IMG/VR virus record: IMGVR_UViG_3300031788_000021 | Location: 1 to 55,782 of that record | From: a virus | Lineage: Duplodnaviria > Caudoviricetes | Strand: one strand, 5' to 3' | DNA length: 55,782 nt | Shown here: positions 42,298 to 50,870 of the stretch, in pieces | Numbering within the stretch: the first letter of the stretch is position 1 | How the letters are laid out: every line of letters begins with the position of its first letter | The notes under the pieces: model-generated | What the model saw: only the letters and a program-made list of their open reading frames with translations | What the model was told of the DNA's origin: nothing | Database searches by the model: none | Program-made: the position numbers and the translations under genes

Positions 42298-42734
42298 GCT
42301 TCGACCCCAAGAACTACCGTGGCGCGGGAGACCGCAAGGACGTGCGCACCGGCTCCCCGGAGGACGTGGCCCTGCGCCCCGGCCTCATGTCGGAGAAGAC
42401 CCACCTCCCCGACCTCGACTACCGCAAGCTCCAGATGGCGTCCCTGGGCCGCATGGCCAAGGCCAAGACCGCCAAGGCCCCGGCGGACCACGCCGCAGGA
42501 CAGCGGTATCAGGCCCTGGTCAACTACCTGAGCCAGCGCGGGTCCCAGGTCGACGCCGCAGAGGTTGACCGCAGGATGCGGACCTGGTTCGAGGACCTGA
42601 TCAACCGCGTGCTCCAGGACCCGGCGGCCTGGGACGTGGAGAAGATTCTGGACGGCAAGGCCCTGATGGACTACCTCTCCGGGGTCAAGGGCGGGCAGGA
42701 GCAGCCCCCGCAGCAGGAACCCCCAGCCAAATGA
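42294..42734 (+). CDS. hypothetical head-module protein
   Basis: GGAGG RBS; ATGA coupling at both ends. Confidence 0.75.
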   Translation: MSFDPKNYRGAGDRKDVRTGSPEDVALRPGLMSEKTHLPDLDYRKLQMASLGRMAKAKTAKAPADHAAGQRYQALVNYLSQRGSQVDAAEVDRRMRTWFEDLINRVLQDPAAWDVEKILDGKALMDYLSGVKGGQEQPPQQEPPAK

Positions 42735-44494
42735 ACCCGATCATCTACCCGCACAGGGCAGTAGAGCGCGCGCCGATCAGGCTCGCGCTCCCCGAATCCG
42801 TGCTGGTCCGGAAGCTGGCGACCGCCCGCGACGACATGAGCGCGTTCGTGCTCCAGGACTTCCTCAAGGCCGGTTTCCGCGAGGTGGAGTGGCGCTACGG
42901 CTTCGAGCCCTGGCAGAATGAGAAGCTCTGGCAGGAGATGGGTAGCGTCTGCCCCGCGTGCTTCGCCCTGGACGGCCAGCGCTTCAAGATCGACTGGCTC
43001 CTCCAGAACATGCGGCACAACGCCCCGAAGTACACGATGAGTCACGTCAACTGTTTGCCCCCGGGGACGGAGATCATGATGTCGGATGGTTCTGTTCGCT
43101 TGATAGAGAGCATCAGGAAAGGGGACGCGGTCCTTGGGCATGACGGAGAGGCCCACCTCGTGACGGGGACGACGAAGAGGAAATACGTGGGCGACCTGGT
43201 CAGCCTATTGTCGTGGGGCGGAAAGGAACTATTGCTGACACCGAACCATCGCGTCTACGCTCAGAAGGGCCACTTGAAGTACGCTAATTCCGGCGGGACT
43301 GTGTTCTCGGATTGGGATTTTGTCCCAGCCGATGACCTCGAAGCAGGCGTTCGGAGAAAAAGGGGTGTATCCGACAAGGTCTATTTCCCAACGGTGTCAG
43401 GAAATTCTGGGTGCGATCTAACGGACGAGCAGGTGGAACTATTTGGGTACTGGATGGCCGAGGGTTGCACGAGGCTCAACAGGGGCACCGGAGAGAGGAT
43501 AGCCCTGATCTTCACCATAGGCCAGCATGAGATGGATTTCGCGAATAGGATAGGGGCTCTGTGTTCCCGCCTGGAGCAAGATAGCCATCTCTCGATCAGG
43601 AAGAACGGGCACGCCACGGTGGTCTACTGGTCATCTAAAAAATGGACCAAGATATTCATGGGACTGGGCGGGCTCGGCGCGCGTGAAAAGAAGATGGCAC
43701 CCGAGGCCATGAGGTGGCCCATCGATAAACAGAGAATTTTTCTCAACGCCTTCATTCGGGGAGACGGGCACATATCCAACCGGAATTTCTCGGACAAATA
43801 TCTCGGGAGGACCCAGAGGATATACATCACCACTCACTCCAAGCAGTTGGCGAACCAACTGTACGTGATGCTGGATCGCCTGCACGTCCCGGTGTTAATG
43901 AACGAGACCATGACCCCCACCGGACCTCAGGATCGCTTGGCCGGATCAACTAAAAAGTTCCCCCACTATCTGATCCACTTCAACAGGTGGTCGTGGGACC
44001 GGGTCGGTAAGCCCCCGCACACCAACTCCAGAGTCCTGGTCGCGGCCAACAGCGTGGTCTCAATGCTTAGGTCAGTGGGCAGGGTTCCGTATTCTGGCAT
44101 GGTCCACAATATCTCCGTCGCGGGGTCGCAGAGTTACATCGCCAACAGGATCGCGGTGCACAACTGCGAGTGCCGCCTCTTCAAGATCAACCGCACGGAC
44201 GAGATGCTGGACTTCTCCGAGCAGGTGACGGTAGTCCCCGGGGACATCGACCCGAGCCTGACCGAGGCCCCGGTCGACCTCGGGGACGTGCCCGAGGATC
44301 AGCGCCAGGAACTGGGCCTGCCCGAGCAGGAGAACCAGTGGACGGACATCGAGTGGAAGTGGGACCCGAAGCGCAACGAGTTCGTCCCGCTCAAGACCTT
44401 CATGGAGGGAGAGACCAGCCCCTGGCTCCTGGACCAGGACACCGGCGAGTTCGTGCCCCACGAGGAGTGGGTTAAGCGCCACGGTCTGCAATGA
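42731..44494 (+). CDS. Mu gpF/SPP1 gp7-like head morphogenesis protein (intein-containing)
   Basis: VCPACFALDG ... HVN|CEC after splicing matches the CxxC...HxNCxC motif. Confidence 0.8.
   Translation: MNPIIYPHRAVERAPIRLALPESVLVRKLATARDDMSAFVLQDFLKAGFREVEWRYGFEPWQNEKLWQEMGSVCPACFALDGQRFKIDWLLQNMRHNAPKYTMSHVNCLPPGTEIMMSDGSVRLIESIRKGDAVLGHDGEAHLVTGTTKRKYVGDLVSLLSWGGKELLLTPNHRVYAQKGHLKYANSGGTVFSDWDFVPADDLEAGVRRKRGVSDKVYFPTVSGNSGCDLTDEQVELFGYWMAEGCTRLNRGTGERIALIFTIGQHEMDFANRIGALCSRLEQDSHLSIRKNGHATVVYWSSKKWTKIFMGLGGLGAREKKMAPEAMRWPIDKQRIFLNAFIRGDGHISNRNFSDKYLGRTQRIYITTHSKQLANQLYVMLDRLHVPVLMNETMTPTGPQDRLAGSTKKFPHYLIHFNRWSWDRVGKPPHTNSRVLVAANSVVSMLRSVGRVPYSGMVHNISVAGSQSYIANRIAVHNCECRLFKINRTDEMLDFSEQVTVVPGDIDPSLTEAPVDLGDVPEDQRQELGLPEQENQWTDIEWKWDPKRNEFVPLKTFMEGETSPWLLDQDTGEFVPHEEWVKRHGLQ
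43052..44164 (+). mobile_element. canonical class-1 intein with LAGLIDADG endonuclease (371 aa)
   Basis: CLPPGTEIMMSDG, LTPNHR, LFGYWMAEG, FLNAFIRGDG, YSGMVHNISV..YIANRIAVHN|C. Confidence 0.93.
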
Positions 44495-44495
44495 T

Positions 44496-44726
44496 ATGAG
44501 CATGATCAAGCAAGGAGCACCGAAGGAGTCAAAGGTACTGGGCTTCGATCCGGCGGCGGGCTGGGTCGACCCCAAGTCCAAGGCCCAGCCTATGATCCCA
44601 GAACTGAACGTCTCGTGCCCGAACTGCCGCGTCCTGGCCCAGGCCAGCGCCGACGGCACCGTCTTCTGCCCGAAGTGCGGGATGATCATAAATCCCAGCA
44701 GCACCAACGAGAGGAAACCCCTATGA
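44496..44726 (+). CDS. small Zn-ribbon protein
   Basis: CPNC ... CPKCG. Confidence 0.7.
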   Translation: MSMIKQGAPKESKVLGFDPAAGWVDPKSKAQPMIPELNVSCPNCRVLAQASADGTVFCPKCGMIINPSSTNERKPL

Positions 44727-46858
44727 ACCAGATCGCGCTCCCCAGCGGCGGTTGGCTGAAGTACGCGTCCTTCGGCGGCAAGGTCGTGGAGCGCGCCGAC
44801 GGCTCCTGCCCCGAGTGCGCCCTCTTCCGGACGGCGGGCGTTGTCCGGCCCCGGTGCGAGCACCACTTCGTGGAGCGCACCGCTTTCGGTCTGAAGATCG
44901 CCGAGGCCCCGCAGAAGTACGCGGCGCTCCTCGACGACTACAAGAAGGCGATCAACGTCCAGCGCGTGGCCCCGATGAACCCCGAGTTCAGCTTCTACCG
45001 GGTCATGGGCCTGCACGGGGACTGGCCGAACACGAACGGCGACCTCTTCCGCTGGGGCTCCAAGGACGACGCCAACGAGCCCGAACTCCTGCGCCTGATC
45101 CGAGAGGGCAGTATGGTGGGGAAGAGCGTGTACCAGACCTTCGTCGGGAAAGGCAACTATAAGGACCACAACAACTCCAAGGTCGCTGACGCCGTCGGCA
45201 TCATCCTCGACGCGGTACCGAACCATCGGGTTAAGGGCGTCGAACTCCTGCTCGCCGTGGACCGGACCAAGGACCCGATGCTGGTCCGGGGCATCGACAG
45301 CGGATACATCACAGACGTATCGATGGGCGCCGTCCACCCCGAATCCCTCGTTCTCTTGGCCTCCGGGGAGACCGTGATGGCCGGGCACATGATCCCCGGG
45401 GTCGAGGTCGTCACCCACTGCGGTCGCCCCAAGATCGTCAAGGCGGTGCAGGTCTCCCAGATCGAGGGCACCGTCGTCTCGATCAAGGCCGAGGGCCTCA
45501 CCGCCACGGTCTTCACGGGGGACCACCCCATCTGGTCCATCTCGGCCCAGAGAAGGAAAGAGCAGAACATGTGGCGCTCCCGCATGAGCCACCAGCGCCA
45601 CTTGAAGCGGATGGAGGAATCGGGGTACGAGCGCCAAAGGAATAGGACCGCTCTCTTGGAGCCCCGCGAAGTTTCCCCGAATTTCGTCTCTGCCGCAGAC
45701 ATAAAGGTGGGCGACTACGTGGGCATCCCCTTCCCCACCGAGGTGAAGCCCAGCACCTTCTCCAACAAGGATTTCGCGCGCCTCCTGGGCTACTACATCT
45801 CCGAGGGCTGGATCATCACCCAGGACGGGAAGATGTCCGGGGTGGGGTTCGCCCTCAACATCAATGAGGGGAAGATCGCCGAGGAGATCGCCAACCTCTG
45901 CAAGAAGGTCATGGGCAAAGAGGCCCACGCCAGAGTCTGCGAGGAACGGAACGGCCTCTACCTGGAGGTCCACGATCGCGTTTGGCCCAAGGTCTTCACG
46001 GACCATGCGGGCCGGGGCGCCAAGACCAAGTCACTGTCCAACGAGGTCACCCTCTGGGACCCCTCCGTCCAGATGGAGATGCTCGGAGCCATGATCAATG
46101 GCGACGGCTTCCAGACCAAGACGGGGATGGTCTATTACTCAACCTCCTCCGAGGTCCTAGCGCGTCAGGCCCAGTCCATCTTCGCGCGCTGCGGGATCAT
46201 CGCGAACATCCAGGTCTTGAAGCACAAGCCCTCCAAGAACTCCGTCGTGAGGAAGGACACCGTGGAGTTCCAGGTCGCCGTGGGATGCACCTATTCCCAG
46301 AAGCTCTCTTCGGTCTCTAAGGTTTCCATAGTGGAGCCCAAGAGGCCGCACCACAACAAATTCATCCAGGACGGGTGCATCTGGACACCGATCAAGTCCA
46401 AAGAGATCGTCAAGTACTACGGACCAGTCGTCGACCTTCAAGTGGAAGGCGACGAGTCCTTCGTGGCCAACGGCATGGCCGTCCACAACTGCCGCGTCGC
46501 CTACTCCATCTGCACGATCTGCGCGAACGTCGCCCACAACGAGGCCGAGTACTGCCCCCATGTCAAGAACTGGAAGGGGCAGCAGTACAGCGGCCCCGAG
46601 ACCGGGTGGAAGAACGTGCTCGCCGCCGAGGACAATCGCGGCGTCGAGTTCATCGAGGAGTCGTGGGTCACCGTCGGCGCCGACACCAAGGCCAAGCACC
46701 TGGAGAAGATCGCGGCGCTGCGCAAGGTCAAGGGCCAGGCGCGCATGGCCGAGATATTGGCCGAGGCCGAGTCCGAGCTGAACAAGAACTGCCTCTGCGA
46801 CTGGCAGAAGGTGAGCAACCTCCTGGACATGGGGATCGCGCAGGCCATCCTGGCGTAG
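44723..46858 (+). CDS. prohead (capsid maturation) protease, intein-containing
   Basis: PNTNGDLF ... YKDHNN (His) ... AVGIILDA ... DVSMG|C (catalytic Ser) + CTIC..CPH insert ... FIEESWV..GAD. Confidence 0.85.
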   Translation: MNQIALPSGGWLKYASFGGKVVERADGSCPECALFRTAGVVRPRCEHHFVERTAFGLKIAEAPQKYAALLDDYKKAINVQRVAPMNPEFSFYRVMGLHGDWPNTNGDLFRWGSKDDANEPELLRLIREGSMVGKSVYQTFVGKGNYKDHNNSKVADAVGIILDAVPNHRVKGVELLLAVDRTKDPMLVRGIDSGYITDVSMGAVHPESLVLLASGETVMAGHMIPGVEVVTHCGRPKIVKAVQVSQIEGTVVSIKAEGLTATVFTGDHPIWSISAQRRKEQNMWRSRMSHQRHLKRMEESGYERQRNRTALLEPREVSPNFVSAADIKVGDYVGIPFPTEVKPSTFSNKDFARLLGYYISEGWIITQDGKMSGVGFALNINEGKIAEEIANLCKKVMGKEAHARVCEERNGLYLEVHDRVWPKVFTDHAGRGAKTKSLSNEVTLWDPSVQMEMLGAMINGDGFQTKTGMVYYSTSSEVLARQAQSIFARCGIIANIQVLKHKPSKNSVVRKDTVEFQVAVGCTYSQKLSSVSKVSIVEPKRPHHNKFIQDGCIWTPIKSKEIVKYYGPVVDLQVEGDESFVANGMAVHNCRVAYSICTICANVAHNEAEYCPHVKNWKGQQYSGPETGWKNVLAAEDNRGVEFIEESWVTVGADTKAKHLEKIAALRKVKGQARMAEILAEAESELNKNCLCDWQKVSNLLDMGIAQAILA
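45329..46489 (+). mobile_element. Ala1 intein with LAGLIDADG endonuclease (387 aa), class-2-like
   Basis: G|AVHPESLVLLASG, FTGDHP, LLGYYISEG, MLGAMINGDG, YYGPVVDLQV..FVANGMAVHN|C. Confidence 0.88.
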
Positions 46859-46859
46859 C

Positions 46860-46888
46860 TTGACTAAATTGAGGACTTGATACATAAT
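46860..46888 (+). promoter_or_regulatory. sigma70-type promoter upstream of the scaffold/capsid operon
   Basis: TTGACT-17bp-CATAAT. Confidence 0.6.
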
Positions 46889-47050
46889 ATGGCAGAGGAA
46901 GTGGCCAAGGACCAAAATACCGAGATCGTGCTCAACATCTACGATCTGCCGAAGACGATAACGCTGCGGCTCCCCAACGGGGAGTCCAAGGTCTACACCA
47001 TGAATTTTGCGCCGAAGACCAGCGGTCTATACCTGAACAAAGCTATGTAA
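46889..47050 (+). CDS. small HemP/HmuP-like protein (53 aa; alternative GTG start at 46901)
   Basis: translated by hand: MAEEVAKDQNTEIVLNIYDLPKTITLRLPNGESKVYTMNFAPKTSGLYLNKAM; C-terminus resembles the HemP pattern Y-x-L-x2-T-x2-G-x-L-x-L-[TN]-K. Confidence 0.55.
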   Translation: MAEEVAKDQNTEIVLNIYDLPKTITLRLPNGESKVYTMNFAPKTSGLYLNKAM

Positions 47051-47141
47051 GATGACACCGCCGTCGTAGCCCCTTAGGCAAGGGCGCCCGCGAGCGAGTC
47101 AGCGAGCGCGCGAGACCGAAAGGTCAAGCCAGCAAGCCAGC

Positions 47142-47179
47142 AAGCCAGCAACCACGCAAGGTTGCTGGCTTTTTGTTTT
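47142..47179 (+). terminator. intrinsic terminator/attenuator in the scaffold leader
   Basis: 12-bp stem AAGCCAGCAACC / GGTTGCTGGCTT followed by TTTGTTTT, directly before the RBS. Confidence 0.8.
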
Positions 47180-47192
47180 GAGGGAGGAGCAG

Positions 47193-50147
47193 ATGAAGGA
47201 CGAGAAGCCGCTGCACCAGGTCATCGCCGAAAAGTCCGGGATGCTCAACAAGATCATCCAGGCCAAATTTGGGGGCAACCCCGATGCGACCGCAGCCAGC
47301 GGCCAAGAAAATACTGTGGGGGACAACACCATGAAAGTGACGCGAAGCCAGGCCTCGAACGCTCCCGGAGAAGTCCGGGATGGGAAGCTCGTGGACGTGA
47401 AGGCGATGGCCGCCGCTGCGGCCCGGCAGGACGTGCCCGCAACCGATCTCGTGGCGTTGGCCCGCGCCAACGACCCCTACAACGAGAACTCCGCGATCCC
47501 CGCGACAATCGCCGGGGCCGTGACCGCTGCCGTCGAGGGCCTCCCCGGACAGGAAGTCTCCCAGGACAAGTCCAATGATGGAGCCCTGGGCAGCGTCGAG
47601 AAGACCCAGGCCGAGATGCTGAGCAATAAGCAGCACCCCGCCATCGAGAAGGCGGTCGAGACCCAGGTCGAGTCCCAGGTCGGGACCACCGACCCCTACA
47701 AGTCCCTGCACGCCAGCGCCGAGGTCGACCAGATCGTGGCCCGGGCCCAGGCCGTGCTCTCCGGAGCCGAGAAGATCAGGAAGGCCGCGACCGAAGTCGG
47801 CGAGCACCCCGGTGCGGGCAAGACCGAGGACGGCGGCCAGGGCAAGGTCTCCGGAGACCCGGCCAAGAACCCCCAGCAGTCGGCCAAGACCCTGGGCGAC
47901 GGCGGCGCCGAGAAGGGCGCGTCCCTCTCCGGCAGGACCTCGCGCAGGGACGTGGTCGCCGCGATCAAGGCCGAAATGGCCCGTCGCGCCAAAGTCGAGG
48001 GCGCCTTGATCGACCCCGCTGGCGACGGCGCGTCCCAGGACCCCAAGGAAGGCGCAGCGTCCATGGGTGACGGCGGCACGGAGAAGGCCGCCGCCGTCAC
48101 CGCCGAGAAGAAGGATCGGCCCGTGGCGCCGATGCCCGAGAACAAGCAGCGCTACAAGCGCGACGAGGACAACCGCGACGAGGAGGCCGAGTCCTACTGG
48201 AAGAAGAACAAGGCCGACGAGCGCCGCTTCGAGAGGGAGCCCGCGACGAATCGCCCCATCAATAAGGAACTCCAGGAGAAGCTGCCGACGCTCGCGCTGA
48301 TGAAGCGCGAACTCATTACCCGCGTGGCCGCGCTCCAGGACGTCATTGCCTCCGACGACGTCGCGCTGCGGCTGCACCTGAAGCGCCGCCACTACAACAA
48401 GGACGAGGCCAGCGACATGGACTTCGCGGGCGCGGCGGGGAAGACCAAGGGCGAGATCAGCACCGAGCACGCCCAGCGTAAGAACGATACGCACCCGTTC
48501 AGCCCGATGATGAGCCGCCTCTGGGCCGCGTACGGTCCCGTCAAGACCGCCGCCGACACCGGCTACGAGGGCAAGCTCCAGAAGGCCGAGGGCCGGGACG
48601 AACTCCGGAAGCAGGTCAACGAGTGGAAGACCGCGCTAAAAGGCATCACCTCCGAGGACAAGGGCTCCGAGGAGAAGCTGAACAACCTCAACTCCCAGAT
48701 CGAGAAGGGGGAGAAGGAGCTGGCCAAGGCCTCCGGCGTCCGCACGGGCCTGCCCTTCGCCGAGGCCATGGCCAATACCCTGGACCGCCTCGCCGTCATC
48801 GCCGCCGTCCTCCCCGACATCAATGAGATGGCCGAGGACTCCCACGAGGAGGTGAAGTCGTCCAAGGACAAGCCCCACGGCACCGGCGCCGCCGATCAGA
48901 CCCTGGACCTCCTTGAGGCCCTGGGCGAGACCGTCGAAGACATGGAGCAGACCATCATCAAGCTCCTCAAGGAGATGGGCCACCCCGAACTCGCGAAGAA
49001 GAAGGAGAAGGGCGAGAAGGCGGAGGAGAAGGCCGAGGGCGGGGCCGAAGCCGAGGACAAGAAGGGCCCGCCCAAGCCCGAGGCCGGAGAGGGTCTGCCC
49101 GGGGCCAAGGGCCCGATGGACTTCGGGGCCGAGGACGAGGCCGTGGAGATGATCGCGAGCAACACCAAGCTCGACGCCGGGACCCGGCGCGCCCAGATCA
49201 ACGAACTCCGCAAGGGCTCCGAGTGGAAGGCCCAGCTCCTCAAGGTCGCATCCAAGGCCGACGCCGCCAAGGCCGACGTCCTGGCCTCCTACTGGGAGGT
49301 CCTGCGCAACGGCGAGACCGTGCTCAAGCTCTGCGCTGCGGACGCGTACCCGGTAAAGACCGCCCAGAAGCAGGCGGAAGCCTTCGCCTGGTTCGCGACC
49401 CGGGATTACGGCAAGAAGCTGCTGGCCTCGGTCAAGTACGAGGGCCTGGCCAAGACCGCGAGGCTCCTCGGGGTCTCGCCCATGGTCCGGCAGGCTGCCG
49501 GTTCCTCCGGCGCCTTCAACGAGTACCAGACCTCGCGCCCCGCTGCCCCGGATAAGGCCCTGACCTCGGGACCGGCGGACAACCCCGGTCTGGAGGGCAA
49601 GGACCTACTGGCCTTCTACACCAAGGCCTACGGCAGCGCCGAGTTCGCCCGGGAGCTGGTGAAGCAGTACGAGCAGCGGCAGGCGATGGCCAAGGAGTTG
49701 GCCGCGCTCAAGAAGACCGTGGCCGCCCAGGAGCACCGCAGCGACGCGCTCCAGAAGGACATGGAGATGCGGGCGAAGGCGACCAGGGCCCTGGCCCTGG
49801 CCGACGTCGCCATCGACAAGGGCCTGCTCAACGAGGACAAGAAGGCCTCGTTCATCGACAAGCTCATGGTCGGGGACGAGACCTCGTTCTCGGCCACGGC
49901 GGAGATCGTGCAGAACATGAACAAGATCGCGGCGCCCAAGCCCGAGGACAAGAAGGAGGAGGGCAAGGACGGCGAGAAGAAGGAGGCGGGCAAGACCACG
50001 GCCCGGGACTTGATCCGCATTGCCGCCGCCAGTGGCGGCCTCAAGACCGCGACCGTGCTCCCCGCCAGCAGCGTCAGCACCGGCGGGTTGCAGGAGCAGC
50101 TGGGATCGCTGTGGCGCGTGCCCCCGACTCCTAAGGCAGAGGCGTAA
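47193..50147 (+). CDS. scaffold-like head protein
   Basis: GGAGGAG RBS; charged, coiled-coil-rich; lies between protease and decoration/capsid; many [KR]xA motifs. Confidence 0.75.
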   Translation: MKDEKPLHQVIAEKSGMLNKIIQAKFGGNPDATAASGQENTVGDNTMKVTRSQASNAPGEVRDGKLVDVKAMAAAAARQDVPATDLVALARANDPYNENSAIPATIAGAVTAAVEGLPGQEVSQDKSNDGALGSVEKTQAEMLSNKQHPAIEKAVETQVESQVGTTDPYKSLHASAEVDQIVARAQAVLSGAEKIRKAATEVGEHPGAGKTEDGGQGKVSGDPAKNPQQSAKTLGDGGAEKGASLSGRTSRRDVVAAIKAEMARRAKVEGALIDPAGDGASQDPKEGAASMGDGGTEKAAAVTAEKKDRPVAPMPENKQRYKRDEDNRDEEAESYWKKNKADERRFEREPATNRPINKELQEKLPTLALMKRELITRVAALQDVIASDDVALRLHLKRRHYNKDEASDMDFAGAAGKTKGEISTEHAQRKNDTHPFSPMMSRLWAAYGPVKTAADTGYEGKLQKAEGRDELRKQVNEWKTALKGITSEDKGSEEKLNNLNSQIEKGEKELAKASGVRTGLPFAEAMANTLDRLAVIAAVLPDINEMAEDSHEEVKSSKDKPHGTGAADQTLDLLEALGETVEDMEQTIIKLLKEMGHPELAKKKEKGEKAEEKAEGGAEAEDKKGPPKPEAGEGLPGAKGPMDFGAEDEAVEMIASNTKLDAGTRRAQINELRKGSEWKAQLLKVASKADAAKADVLASYWEVLRNGETVLKLCAADAYPVKTAQKQAEAFAWFATRDYGKKLLASVKYEGLAKTARLLGVSPMVRQAAGSSGAFNEYQTSRPAAPDKALTSGPADNPGLEGKDLLAFYTKAYGSAEFARELVKQYEQRQAMAKELAALKKTVAAQEHRSDALQKDMEMRAKATRALALADVAIDKGLLNEDKKASFIDKLMVGDETSFSATAEIVQNMNKIAAPKPEDKKEEGKDGEKKEAGKTTARDLIRIAAASGGLKTATVLPASSVSTGGLQEQLGSLWRVPPTPKAEA

Positions 50148-50216
50148 GCGAGAGATATAGGGCGGAAGCCGCCGACGGCACAGTGCGCGGCAACGCCTGA
50201 GTAAGGAGGAACGGAA

Positions 50217-50774
50217 ATGCTCAGAACGCAAGGGATGTATGAGGGCGTTCCGATCGGTGACAAGAAGCTGTTCTCCGGAGTGGAAGCTGCGTTCGGCGGC
50301 GTGACCGCTGAACTGCTCGGGGCCTCGGCCTTGGGCTTGCAGAAGCCCTACGGCGAGCAGGAACTCGGCTTCGCGGCGGGCAAGATCGCCCAGCTCGTGT
50401 CCGAGACCGACGGGACTTTGGCTGTGACCATCTCCGATGGCACGCAGCCCGAGGGAATCTTCGCGGATTCCTTCATCGACACGCTGAAGTCCGGGAAGGC
50501 GACGTACTACGCCTTCTTCGGGGACTACTTCACGGACCAGTTCGACCTGACTCCGGCCAACGCTCCGTACCTCGTGGGCTTGGACCTCTACGTCGTGGCT
50601 GGCACCGGCGTCGCCGATCCGGTGCGGGGGCTGCTGACCATCGACCGGACCAAGGCCGCAGGCTACAGCGCCGGACCCCCGGTCACCAGCACGGGGAAGA
50701 GGGTCGGACACGTCTTCCAGGTCCCGGACCTGGCCAACGGAGTGCTCCTGGGCTTCCACTGGCAGGTCAGCTAG
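50217..50774 (+). CDS. head decoration/cement protein (putative)
   Basis: TAAGGAGG RBS; 185-aa beta-rich protein immediately before the MCP. Confidence 0.7.
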   Translation: MLRTQGMYEGVPIGDKKLFSGVEAAFGGVTAELLGASALGLQKPYGEQELGFAAGKIAQLVSETDGTLAVTISDGTQPEGIFADSFIDTLKSGKATYYAFFGDYFTDQFDLTPANAPYLVGLDLYVVAGTGVADPVRGLLTIDRTKAAGYSAGPPVTSTGKRVGHVFQVPDLANGVLLGFHWQVS

Positions 50775-50870
50775 AGCTGACCTGAGACGAGTCTCACGCC
50801 GCAGACGCAGACGTCGCACCGCGACGGGCCCGGACGGCCAGTGGCCCGCGCATCGAAGGAGGAGGTCAGC

